Positions 52,051-64,000 of a DNA stretch of 64,000 bases are shown one piece after another; within the stretch, counting starts at the first letter, position 1, and each line of letters opens with the position of its first letter. This stretch comes from Chiloscyllium plagiosum (taxonomy: Eukaryota): the NCBI RefSeq assembly GCF_004010195.1, contig NC_057718.1:16449418-16513417 (forward strand), written 5' to 3'. Made by a program: the position numbers and the translations under genes. The notes beneath the pieces were generated by a model, which made no database searches, was not told where the DNA came from, and worked only from the letters and a program-made list of their open reading frames with translations.

Positions 52051-52697
52051 AATGATGGGATGAGTTGTCAGTCTTTTCTTTCATTCTACTGTATTGTGTA
52101 TATAGTAGGGGCCTCTAGTGGTAGGAGAACAATACTTCATTAGCTTTGCTCATGAAGGTTGATGGTGTTTGCACCGTTATTGTTCAGTAATTAGAAGGAA
52201 TGTTTTCTTAAATTATCCAGATGGAAATATAAACTGTTTCGATTCATTGTTAAAAACTTATTAAGAAAAAAATAACCATACAGTAAATTAGCAAAACCAA
52301 AACAAACTTCAAAGTTCAGAGTTTAAAACTAAGGGAAAACTGATAATTTTCTAACTTCAAAACTGCCAGCACCATTTAGTTGTCAGGAAAGATCCTGAGA
52401 AGCAGTCAGAATTTGACTGAAACAGTATGTAGTAAACATACATTTTTATCACTTGAATCTATTTATAATTTTAATCATTGATTAGTTATGAGAGGAGCAA
52501 AAACTCCTTAAATTCAACTATTTACAGTTGAGATTATCTACCATAAGTAGTGTATACTCAATTATCTTTAAAAGCATTTAAAGGTAACATAGTAGCCTGT
52601 ATTTGTGTTCATAAAGCAGTCTCCTCTACATTAGGAAAGCCAAATGCAGATTGGATATCTGTATAGAATTGTAGAAGAATCATAAAATCATTCAGTG

Positions 52698-53008
52698 GGG
52701 TGTCATAGTGACAAAATGGTTAACACTGCTGCTTCACAGCACTGGGGGTCAGGGTTCGATTCTGGTGTTGGGCAACTGTGGGTGCCCGCCGTTTCCTCCC
52801 ACAGTCCAAAGATGTGTAGGTTAGGTGGATTGGCCATGCTAAATTATGCACAGAGTCATGGATATATAGGTTATGTGGATTAGCCATGGGGAATGCAGGG
52901 TTACAGGGATCGGGTTGGGAAGAGGGTCTGGGTGGGATGCTCTTCAGTGGGTCGGTATAGGCTCAGTGGCCGAATGGCTTCTATCTGCACTGTAGAGATT
53001 TTATGATT
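52698..53008 (+). mobile_element. HE1-related tRNA SINE (internally deleted)
   Basis: tggttaacactgctgcttcacagc..gggttcgattc (A/B boxes) and gtttcctcccacagtccaaagatgtgtaggttaggtggattggccatgctaaatt. Confidence 0.8.
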
Positions 53009-53655
53009 CGAGTACAGAAGATGCTGTTTGGTCTGTTGGATCTGTATGTCCAAACGTATTGTGAAAAGATTTTTCCTCAAATCTCTTCTAAACCTCCTGG
53101 ATTTGCCCTTCAAACAAGGAAATAGCTATTTTCTATCCAGCCTGTCCATTCCCCTCATAATCTTATACATCAGGCTCCCCGCTCAGCCTTCTCTGCACCA
53201 AAGAAAACAATCCGAGCTTATCCAGTTTCTCTTCGTAACTAAAATGCTTCATTCCAGGCAACATCCTGGTGAATCGCCTCTGCACATTCTCCAGTGCAAT
53301 TACATTCTTCCTACAGTGTGGTGACTGGAACTGCACACAGTACTCCAGTTGTGGCCTAGTAAAATTGAGCAAAGCTCCAACATAATCTCCCTGCTTTATA
53401 ATCTATGCCTTGACTGATAAAGGCAAACAGAGCTGAAAATGTGTTGCTGGAAAAGCGCAGCAGGTCAGCAGCATCCAAGGAGCAGGAGAATCGACGTTTC
53501 GGGCATGGGTCCTTCTTCAGGAATGAGGAAAGTGTGTCCAGCAAGCTAAGATAAAAGGTAGGGAGGAGGGACTTGGGGGAGGGGTGTTGGAAATGCGATA
53601 GGTGGAAGGAGGTCAAGGTGAGGGTGATAGGCCGGAGTGGGGGTGGGGGCGGAGA

Positions 53656-54071
53656 NNNNNNNNNNNNNNNNNNNNNNNNNNNNNNNNNNNNNNNNNNNNN
53701 NNNNNNNNNNNNNNNNNNNNNNNNNNNNNNNNNNNNNNNNNNNNNNNNNNNNNNNNNNNNNNNNNNNNNNNNNNNNNNNNNNNNNNNNNNNNNNNNNNNN
53801 NNNNNNNNNNNNNNNNNNNNNNNNNNNNNNNNNNNNNNNNNNNNNNNNNNNNNNNNNNNNNNNNNNNNNNNNNNNNNNNNNNNNNNNNNNNNNNNNNNNN
53901 NNNNNNNNNNNNNNNNNNNNNNNNNNNNNNNNNNNNNNNNNNNNNNNNNNNNNNNNNNNNNNNNNNNNNNNNNNNNNNNNNNNNNNNNNNNNNNNNNNNN
54001 NNNNNNNNNNNNNNNNNNNNNNNNNNNNNNNNNNNNNNNNNNNNNNNNNNNNNNNNNNNNNNNNNNNNNNN
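53656..54071. other. Assembly gap (416 N) inside the PLE
   Basis: Run of N. Confidence 1.
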
Positions 54072-54279
54072 ACCAGTGGGGTTCTGTCCTGGTGGCGATT
54101 GGAGGGGCGGGGCTCAAGGGCAGAGGAGCGGGAAGTGGAGGAGATGCGGTGGAAGGCATCGTCGATCACGTCTGGGGGGAAATTGTGGTCTTTGAAGAAG
54201 GAGGCCATCTGGGTCAGCCAGACACCCAGATGGCCTCCCTACCTTTTATCTTAGCCTGCTGGACACACTTTCCTCATTC

Positions 54280-54307
54280 CTGAAGAAGGGCTCATGCCCG
54301 AAACGTC
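54280..54307 (+). ncRNA. Minimal type I hammerhead ribozyme motif (best-preserved copy)
   Basis: CTGAAGA a GGGC tcat GCCC GAAA C GTC: catalytic boxes, 4-bp helix II, palindromic ACGT in place of helix III and a GUC cleavage triplet. Helix I is weak in this copy. A mirror copy lies on the - strand at 53493-53520. Confidence 0.6.
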
Positions 54308-57300
54308 GATTCTCCTGCTCCTTGGATGCTGCCTGACCTGCTGCGCTTTTCCAGCAACACATTTTCAGCTCTGATCTCCAGCATCTGCAGTCCTCATTTT
54401 CTCCTGATAAAGGCAAACATCCCATATGCCTTCTTAACTATCTTATTAATCAGTCCTCTCACCTTCAAGGATCTGTGGATAATCACCTAATGATCCCTCT
54501 ATTTTTCTGAGTATCCTAGTATCCCACCATTCACCTCACATTTTTCAGAATTAAATTCCATCTGCCAATAATCTGCCCATCTGTTTTTATTGTCGTGTAA
54601 CCAAAACCTTCCTCTTCACTGTCACCAACCCAGTCTTTATCATGCAAAAACATATCATTCTCCAGCCACACATTCTCATCCACATAATTTATGAATAGCA
54701 GACAATAAGGTTCGCAGCACTGACCCCTGTGGTATGCCACTGTACATGGGGTTCTACCCACAAACAGCCTTTTATCACCACCTCAAATTATAACCAGATT
54801 TGTTAGGCAGGACCCTGATCAGACAAAGACATGCTGACTATCTCTGATCAAATCTTGTCTCTGATCAAATCTTGTCTCTGAATGGAGATTAATTTTTTGC
54901 TTCAGTATTTTCTCCGATAGTTCTCTACCACTGATGTGGGACTCACTTGTTTGTAGTTTCCTGGTCTATCTCTACCACCTTTCTTGTAAAGCGGAGCCAT
55001 ATTAGTTCCCTGGCAATCCTCTGCCACCTCTTCTGAGACAATTTAGGACTTTTGGTCAGGGTCCCTGTTATTTCCTCCCTCATCTCCCACAGCAGCCTTG
55101 TCTGCAAATCAGCTGGACATTTGTCCACTTTTAAACCTGCCAATATTTCCAAGATCCACTTGCTTCTTATATCAATCTGCTCAAGAACCTCCAGACCACC
55201 ATCTCAAATTCTGTACTTGCATCCTGCCCCCAAGTAAAAACAGATGTGAAGTACTCATTTAACACTCCTTTGGTTCCATGCACTAGATTTCCTCCTTAGT
55301 CCTTATTGGACCCTACTCTTTCCCTCCAAATACTTACTCCTTGATATACTTGTAGAATGTCAACCTAATCTTGCTGGCCAGCATTTTGTCATGCTCTCTG
55401 AATTGCTTTCTTTCGTAGCCCCTGCACTTTCTATACACCTCTAGGGCCTCTGTTAAGATACATGGCCATTCACTTACCTATTCTTTAGGTAAAAGGAAGC
55501 CCAAGAAGCTTCCTTTTAGCCCTACAATTTTTTTTCTGACTTTTAAACATCAACCCATCCATGTAACTACATGCCCCTTAATTCCATTCACCACCTTGTT
55601 GAATGCTTTTGAATATTTATAAGCCATACTCACTACATTTTCTTCACCTGCTATGTTTTGGAGGGTTTGTTGAGCATCCCTTTCAGATTCTGAATACTCT
55701 GTGTTTCTCCAATTGCTTTTATAGTTTAATTCTATATTGCTCAAGTAATATACCACAGAAAATGTAACCTATAATATTATAGCTTAATCTGGTCTAGTTC
55801 TCTGAAGTCAGGTATCAAATTTGTCACTCCATTTGGCATAATTCCTCTTTCTAAACAATTTTGAAAAATTAAAATCGGAGTTAAAATTATGATTGTATAA
55901 GGAAAAACAAGGTGATAAATGCATCTGTAAAATTTTCATGCAACAAGATCATGAAAATAATTTCATTATTTTTACAGAATGAAAGCTTCCATACTTACCC
56001 AGCTGAATTGAGATAATTTGGAGAATGCCTGCATGTAAAAGGAAGAAACTGGATTGACAAACTTTCTTTTAAAAAATGACTCTTGATCATGTGCTCTTCA
56101 AAAACACACATTCCATCTGGAAAGGCAAAATACAAAGGGCTAAAATATTCCTGATCAGAGTACAATGTTTTACATCGGGTTATACAAAAGAATAGGGCTT
56201 CATATTCACATATTTCTAAAGCTTTAGGAAAATACATGTATTTTGAATCAATAATATCACAAATTTCATTCAGCAGAGTTTCAATTACGACTGTTGCAAA
56301 CAATGTATACAGGTATTGTTTTATACAAACATCTTTTCAGTACCAAATCAAATACTGAAGAAGGCTGTCATCTAATTGTTACACAATGGGTAAATCTATT
56401 TAAAAGGGTTCTGCTGCCAGTTTTGTGATGAGTGTTTTTACTCATTTTTGCTGTTATGCACTCAGCAAAATCTACTCCCTTCAGATTGAAGTTTCTGTCT
56501 CACATTATAATAGTCAAGTAAAAACTTTTATAATTTGAAGAACCACTAGTTGAGTCTGACCAAGATTGAGAACATATTTATTGATCTGAAACTGAAGTCA
56601 AGTAATCAGACATTTGTTTATACATGAAAATCAATGTAATAAGTAAGGTTGTAACCTATTGGTCTTTACCCCTTACCATGGTGGTGGTACACCTGTACAA
56701 AATGATCAGTTTTGACCAGTAATAATAATTCACAGTATACCTGTATTTATTCATATAATATCAAAAATACGTACAAAACTAATCAGTTAAAATGTAATTT
56801 TTTAAAACTTTGCAGACTGACATCCAGTTGATCATTTGTTGGTCCTCTGGTCTTAGATGTAACAGGAGGCTGAAAAGGCAGACAGAAAAGGGATATTTTA
56901 AGGTCTGGTTTTCAGCAAATAGGCCTTTATTTCTGCACCATTTCCCACATCTGTTAGATTCTTAGAATTTCACTAGTGGTTAGAATTGCTGCTCCAGTAA
57001 ACAAGTGCTTCATGAAAACCTCATATTTTGTCTCTTGCATGATGCCTTCTGAAAATCAAATTGTCATGCTGCTGATTTTCATCATTATTTGAATTAATAT
57101 GTAGCACATAAGTAATCTTTGTACTTTAAAATTAATTTCATTAGTTAAGTCACTTGTCTTCAAAGTGAAATATTACAGTGACAAAAGTTGCTTTCAGATA
57201 CATTTTGTTGAACTTCCTGTTTCTAGGAAAGAAGAAACCAGTTTAATATCAGCTTTTGTTTACTGTGACCAGTTTAGTTTGCATCACACTGTGCAGCTGT

Positions 57301-58929
57301 GCAAAACAGGAAGTGGACTCTGCTTCATAGGGTATACAACATGAGGAAACAGTCACATTTCATTTACTTCATTAAACTGTGCTGGGCCATGTTTTTAAGA
57401 AAACAATCTAGTAAGACATTTTGGTAAAGTGTTATTTTCCAGGATATGCTATTAAATTAAAAATGAGCTAAAACATTCCACAGATAGTTTGATAAAAATA
57501 AGTAAAGCAGCAAAATAATTTGCGTGACTGGGGAGCCATGAAAGGTGGTTTAACTAGCAGTTAGAAAGTTATTGGAGCTGCAGGCATGTACAAATTAAAA
57601 TAAAACACCCAATGATTCTATGGATCCCAGGTGATTGGGATCCCAGATGACTGTGAGAGTCATGCAGTTAATTTCATGATTCCTGCTTTTGATCATATGT
57701 AGTGAGCACTTCAGATGTAACATCAGACAGATGAGGTGAAACTGCACAAAAACAGCAAGGGCTTTTTTTTCTCCTGCTACCATTCTATTAACAATGATTT
57801 TTTCTCCTTTTTTTTCCACTTGGCTACAAGATTTAATATTTTGCAATTACCATTACAGCACTCTTGAGATGGATATTAAAAAATGTGATGGACTCTGAGA
57901 TTGCAGTCAGTAACACAACTATTTGTTGAAGAAGCATTAAGAACATAGTTTTACAACTTTTGTTATTCTTTTGTTGGATATGGATCAGGCTAGCAAATCT
58001 AATATTTGTTGTCCATTTCTTAGTTACCCAAGAATGTGGTGGTGAACTGCCACCTTGAATCACTGAAGTCTATCTGATGTGACTATTCTTAGTGTTAGGA
58101 TCTGTAAAAGAGGGGAGTTCCAGCATTTGTTAAGATGCTATCAAACAAACCTTTGTATGTTATTGCCATGCACCTCATATACAATATAGCCACTGTGTTA
58201 TTGTGCAGAGTGTGAATGTTTAAGATGATGGTCAGGGACGCTGATTAAGTGGGTAACTTTGCCCTGGAACACTGATATTGGAGCCATTTAATCCAGGCAA
58301 ACAGAATACATTCCATCATAGTCATAACTTGTTTTGCAGAAGGTGAGTTACTCATTTCATAATTCTAAGTCTCTGAATTGCTTTTGTACCCACAATATTT
58401 ATATAGCTGGTCCTGTTCCTAGTTAATTGTAACCTGCAAGATGTTGTTACTGGGAATCAAGCAATGATAATGCCGTTGAATATTAAGTGGACATGATTAG
58501 ACTTTGTCAATTCTAAAATGTAATTCCAAATACCTAAAAATTGTAATTGTTATAGAAGTAGCAATTTAATTCCTTTTCATTAATCAATGCAATTGATTCT
58601 GTGGCTACAGTCACAGAAGATATTGTTAGCAAGGTATTACCAGCTTGATGCTTTAAGGGGCAACTATATGCTATTTTACATCTATATACTATTTTCTAAT
58701 ATATGAATAGGTGGGAAGTAGTACAAGTTACATTTACATAGCGTCTTGATGTAGAAAAACAAGTTGAGGCACTTCACATTTTCAGTTTGAGGAGACTATT
58801 AAAAACATCAAATATATGGTTTTGAAAAACATTTTGAAGATGAATTAGAATTATGGTACAGAAGGCGGTAATTTAGTCCGGTGAAGCAATGCAGGCAGTG
58901 GGTCTACAACAAGCAATATCACTTAGGGC

Positions 58930-59745
58930 TATTTGCCTTCCTTTACCCTAAACCTACCTCCACCACGCTTCACTACCTGGTTTCTTCCATTTTCCCTGGA
59001 GCTAGCCAGTGTCCTGGAAAACTAAAGCCCTCCCTCCTCCATCATCCAGCCATATAGTATCTGCCTTATCCTTCTATTTCAGTACTCACTTGCACTTGGC
59101 ATTAGGAGTAATCCAGAAATGACTCCATTTGAGATCCTGCCAATTTTCTACCAAGGTCCATAAATTCTGATTTCAAGACCACATCTCCCTTCCTACCCAA
59201 GTCATTGGTACCACAATGGTACCAATCTGCACCACAACTTCTGGCTGTTTGGTCTTCCCCAGAAGAACGTCTTGCAGCTGTCCTGTGACATCCTTGACCT
59301 GGCACCAGGGAAGCAACATATTGCTATTGCTATTACTATTGCTTTTCCTTTCTTCTTACTTGCCTCTTGTACAACCAAGCCATTTGTGGTGCCACAAACC
59401 TGGCCATAACTGCATTCTCTTGAGGGACCAGAATCCTCAAAAAGGCAAAGATGACTTGTAAGTGGGCCCCCTGTGGACCCCTGTACCACCTGCTTGTTTT
59501 TCTTGAATTGCCTGGCAGTGACCTATTCCTTTTCAGCCTCCAGGCCTTTATGTTGAAATGGGATCATCTCTGATTATGCTAACCATATAACTCTCAGCCT
59601 TATTGAGGTGACTCCAGCAGTTGCTTGAGCTCTGAAACCCAGAGCTCCAATTTCTGCAGCTAGGAGCCATTCTTGTACATGTGCTTGGCCAGGACATCAA
59701 CAGGGCCCATGCCTTCTAACATATTACGGGCCACACATTCAATTT
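58930..59745 (-). mobile_element. CR1 ORF1 remnant (SGNH esterase-like)
   Basis: ICCFPGAR and HCGTNDLGRKGDVVLKSEF, split by frameshifts, match the CR1 ORF1 motifs CLPGAR / HIGTND. Confidence 0.7.
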
Positions 59746-62700
59746 ACTATCTTAAAATCTTATATTGGCTTTGACATTCTTTATGCTTGTTTTTCTCAGT
59801 TAAACCTATGATGACAAAAGAAGGTAGTTTTAGCACGAGGATAAAAAGACTGCAGTTGTGTTACCTTTGGTATGCGGAACACACTGGAGTAGAATTGACA
59901 GAATTTGCAGTGGAATGAGGTGACTTAATCTGAGAAATCAGAAAAAAGCATTGTTGTCCAGCATCTGGACTGTGTCAAGGTCCAAAACTAAGTCTGCCTG
60001 GTGATAATTATCACTATATAAGTTAATTCAATAATTTGTGAACATGCAGCTTTCCTCCTCAGATAGGAATGTTTACACCATAAATCACCCCAAAATTGTT
60101 CCTGTTGACTTCCTTCCACTTAACACTAACTGTTCTGCTCAAATCAAATCAAACAGTGGATCCTGTTCTGCTCAAAACCATTTCACTGACAAAAATTTGA
60201 CCACTTTCTTGATCTTTCTCTATTCTGACTAAATGTGATCAAAAAGGTGAACTGTCCCTCAGCACAGAGTGTTTACATTTGTTTTTGTTTATAACTTTTT
60301 GACTTCTTAAGGCTGCTATGTCTTCTGTTGACTCTATATTTGTGCACTTTTAAAATCAGTTTTCTGCTTTTTCAAGAGCAGATGAAGACTGTAAGATCAC
60401 TGACTGAAGACTTATAGCAGCAGCCTTGGGAAACTGAGACAGTACCACCTTTGACATTGGTCACAACAATTTCTCTTTTAAGAAGCAAGTAGAGAATCCA
60501 AAGATACTCATGAGTGCAATCGTATAAAATGCAACCTTAATCCTAGACAATTGCTACCAAACACTTCCCCTTTCTAGATCATGACCTTCCGTTGGGCTGA
60601 TATTATGGGTCTTAAATTGCCAGATTACACACGGAACACCCTTGTAGAGTCTTTGTAGGAACACCACCTTGTATGTCAATGTCACAAACTAGTTCTCTTG
60701 ACCCACATCTTAGTTTCTTCCTACTAGCTGACTCACTGAAAATAACTGTTCCTCAAAGGATCCTAAAATAGACAGAAGTTTACTCTGAATAGACAATAAA
60801 CATGGCATGGAAAATGGGATGATTTTTGGCAGTTGCACTTCTGACTGACAACTTTGATGCAATCTCACTACGGGATATCAAGCTGCAGGTCATCAGGAAT
60901 CCAGTGATTGGAAGCAAGGACTCGTGTCCACATGAAGGAAGGGATATTAAAGATGATTCAGATGCCATGTTTAAGATAACTTGCAAAAGTGGAAAATATT
61001 CTGGGAAAAAGTCTTCATATAATCTTTCAATACTTCTGTCATATGTAGCTGGACAAAAAAAAAAGTTGTCTGCAAGAGCAAATTTTTACCGAAAAAGAAC
61101 TTCTTAAAATGTTTGCATTAAATGTAAGTGAATGAAGAGAAGAATGAAATAAAAAAGAACATTAACCTGTATCTTTCTGTGTGAATGTTGACTGATTTGT
61201 TGTGTATTCCTGGTTTCTTTCAAAGTTTGGATTCCTTTTTGAACAGGTGAGAAAGAGAAATAAATGAAGGAAAGAAAAAAAAGTCATTCAGTTCATGTTC
61301 TGTAAAACAGATGACACTACCAGCATTCAGTTCATATCTAATTTTAAGAGGACAGTACAGAGTTAATCTTGCAGCTTGACAAACAACCTGCCATTTATTT
61401 TTCTATTACCTGGTTTTGAGTTCAAAACCTAATAGCTTTTAAATGTTTGGTCACATTAGCAATACTTTAATAAAATCTTTGACCAGAAACCTACCTCTGT
61501 AGGATCCCTGGCCCTCCACACTTAACCTATGTCATTAATATCTTGGTAATAGAAACACAAACTCACACTCTGACCCTCATAGTTCAGTCTCAAATGTATC
61601 ATCTTGTATAAGAATCTCAAAGTACATTTTATCCAAGTACAGTCTACTTTTTAAAAAAAATTTGGATTAAACACCTAACAATTTAATTATACAATAATTT
61701 TAATTAAATTATTTCAAATGAAATAGTCTGTACATTTACTACTGAGAGATGAAATGGCACTCTATACAACCTCTCAAATGTTCAGCTATCAAAATGTCAA
61801 GTAGGAAAATGATAAACATACTCTAAAATTAAAGTGCAGATATAATATTTGCTTGGTACTTCATCAGCCAGGCAGACTTAAGAATCTGGCTTTACCACTC
61901 AGAATCTGTTGGTCTAATCAGAGCCTCTCATTTGTACTGGCATTAAATATCATTAAAAAAAACACTGATTGTCCCTTTCTGAAACTAAATCTGCTATTTG
62001 CCATCACAATGTACTCACTTACAGTGAGTACATTCCTGTTCCTTTAAAATATTAATCTATTATGGATTAATAAGGATTTGAGGGATATAGTTGAAAGGAC
62101 ACATCTTCACAGCTTATAAGTAAATTTACTTCAAGCCAAATACAACTGTGATATCTCAATTTCTGCTATGTGAAAGTTTTTAAGCACAGTCCTATGCTTG
62201 ACATATTTAAATCCAGATTGTTAAACTACTTCTAGAATGACAAACTGGTGTTAACCCAGAAACTTTCAATACTGTTGAAGGAAAGTTGTTTTACCTGTAT
62301 TAAACATTGCTCTATATCCAAACTATTAAGCACTGGAATTCATACAAGTGGTGAATGTTGGTGAAAAATGCCTTGCACAGTCTCAAGCTCAGAAGTGTTG
62401 CTTTTAAGTAATGAAATGATTGGGGTCAATATTCACAGAAAATTAGCTTACTCCTTTGCCCCAAAGTTAAACCCTTCTTAAGCTTAGTTATATAGTGATG
62501 CATGCAGTGTGATAACATTAAACTGGGGACTGCAGTGGGTGAAGAGTTCAAGGCAAGTCATACTATACCTTTAACTAAATGGAGAAGAAACTTAGTTAAC
62601 CTGAAGGCAGATGGCTAGTTACTGCTGCCACGTGCCTCGTCCTGCAGTGTATTTATGTGGCTACATCAAGGAGCAGGAGACTGGGATCATAATTGCATCA

Positions 62701-63227
62701 TCTGACTGTTAAACTGAGGATTCCCCTAGACAGAGCACTCCCAACAAAAAGAGATGTGTCCGTTCAGGGTCTGTCCTCCTTTGGATCTTAGGAATCTGTA
62801 ATTTTGTATTCTGATAGAAATTTGTGACAATCTCAGTTCAGTATCTGGCGAAAATTCATCTTTCTATGGGAGCTGGAAGCAGTCTGCTTCTGCGAAAGGG
62901 AGTAAATGTGCACACTTCAAAGTAAATGATTGACCCTTCCTTATGCAAATTACTCAACAAGTACTCCAAATGGCAAGCATTATCTGTACTGCTGCTCTAT
63001 TGGGAGGGGTGAAAATGACACACAGTGATAGTGTTGCTTTATACTACAGAGATGAAAAAAAACATAGGCTATGGAAATCAACACTTTATGCTTTTAACAC
63101 TCACTTTGATTGTCAGCTTTGACCAATATTGACACATTTTTAATTTTTATTTTCAGAATATTTCTATTTTGTCCAGCTGCTAAAGAATTATTAGGGTAAT
63201 CAATGAGCAGTCAATCTCATTCAAATA

Positions 63228-63615
63228 AAGACCATAAGATATAGGAGCAGAATTAGGCCATTCAGCCCATCGGGTCTGCTCCATCATTTGATCATGGCTG
63301 ATATGTTTCTCAAGCTCATTCTCCTGCCTTCTCTCTATAACCTTTGATTCCCTCACCAATCAAGAACCTATCTATCGCTGTCTTAAAGACACTCAATGAC
63401 GTGGCTTCTTCAGCCCTCTACGGCAATGAATTCCCTAGATTACCCACACTCTGGCTGAAGAAATTTCTCCTTATCTCAGTTCTAAATGGTTGTCCCTTCT
63501 CTCTGAGGCCTTTTCCTCAGGTCAAAGACTCTTCTACTGGTGGAAACATGTCCATGTTTACTCTATGCAGGCCTATAAGTTTAATGAGATTCCCACCCCC
63601 TCATCCTTCTAAAAT
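63228..63615 (-). mobile_element. CR1 3' end
   Basis: ccataagatataggagcagaattaggccattcagcccatcg...ctctggctgaagaaatttctcctt, same family as 16135-16500. Confidence 0.75.
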
Positions 63616-63634
63616 CCAAGTAGTGGTCCTTCAT

Positions 63635-64000
63635 AGTGGGAAGGTCAGTGGTCAGTGGGCCTGCACAGATTGGGAAGGTCAGCGGTCAGTGGGCCTGCAC
63701 AGAGTGGGAAAGTCAGCGGTCAGTGGGCCTGCACAGAGTGGGAAGGTCAGCGGTCAGTGGGCCTGCACAGTGGGAAGGTCAGTGGGCCTGCACAAGAGTG
63801 GGAAGGTCAGCGGTCAGTGGGCCAGCACAGAGCGGAACAGCCAGTGGTCAGTGGGCCTGTAAAGAGTGGGTCAGTCAGTAGTCAGTGCGCCTGCACAGAG
63901 CAGGATAGCCAGTGGTCAGTGGGCCTGCACAGAGTAAGGCGGTGAGTGATCAGTGGGCCTGTATAGAGCAGGACGGTCAGTGGTCAGCGGGCTAGTACAG
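63635..64000. repeat. GC-rich 34-bp minisatellite (~11 units, runs off the window end)
   Basis: Unit agtgggaaggtcagcggtcagtgggcctgcacag, with starts at 63635, 63669, 63703 and 63737; later units are deleted or diverged. Confidence 0.9.

Larger units (their letters stand above)
53430..54403. mobile_element. Young Penelope-like insertion with ORF fragment, inverted pLTR and 16-bp TSD
   Basis: TSD ctgataaaggcaaaca at 53414-53429 and 54404-54419. The minus-strand ORF piece MASFFKDHNFPPDVIDDAFHRISSTSRSSALEPRPSNRHQDRTPL is a PLE RT-endonuclease linker. Gap at 53656-54071. Confidence 0.85.
53060..55455 (-). mobile_element. CR1 ORF2 remnant interrupted by a PLE
   Basis: RPQLEYCVQFQSPHCRKNVIALENVQRRFTRMLPG (53163-53372). 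CR1 continues after 54404. Confidence 0.85.

Noticed and set aside
55490..55518. 11-bp hairpin taaaaggaagc/gcttcctttta with a T-run, terminator-like
   Set aside because: Intrinsic terminators are bacterial. This is an isolated hairpin with no supporting context.
56677..56692. 16-bp minus-strand micro-exon candidate (ttttgtacag|...|gtaagg), plus acceptors near 57038, 57741 and 60762
   Set aside because: Splice-like motifs only. There is no recognisable peptide or consistent frame, so they cannot be supported without RNA data.
60780..61107. ORFs of 68 aa (-) and 93 aa (+)
   Set aside because: No recognisable homology or convincing splice structure, and the lengths are compatible with chance.
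42660..63200. SDCCAG8 terminal exons expected from mammalian synteny on the - strand
   Set aside because: No segment translated to a recognisable SDCCAG8 C-terminus. A QLDK match near 63170 is followed by a stop and is too short to count.
63344..63945. Repetitive ORFs (SGQWACT... repeats) and a CRISPR-like appearance
   Set aside because: These are translations of a tandem minisatellite. There are no unique spacers, no cas genes, and the context is vertebrate.

Overview
Eukaryotic (vertebrate) genomic DNA. The repeat families (HE1-type tRNA SINE, HER1-type CR1 LINEs, DeuSINE-like tails) point to a cartilaginous fish, probably a shark; this is an inference. The window holds the last four coding exons of AKT3 on the + strand (15202-15416, 25475-25562, 29076-29178, 38475-38560), with canonical splice sites and matching phases, followed by a ~4 kb candidate 3' UTR. 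The rest is intron or intergenic DNA packed with decayed retroelements: CR1, L2, Tx1/L1-like, RTE, SINEs, a solo LTR and MITEs. There are also two minisatellites and three assembly gaps. The most notable non-obvious structure is a set of at least seven Penelope-like (PLE) insertions, most built as tail-out inverted repeats with ~14-16 bp target-site duplications. Most carry a minimal hammerhead-ribozyme motif (CTGANGA-a-GGGC-N4-GCCC-GAAA-CGTC), and related motifs occur in two other PLE-derived families. Further observations: a 66-bp perfect duplication around a 54-bp retro-tail, a three-level nested insertion, and weak MUC16-like SEA-domain remnants on the - strand downstream of AKT3. Family names come from recall of consensus motifs, not from a database search, and repeat boundaries are approximate unless a TSD defines them.
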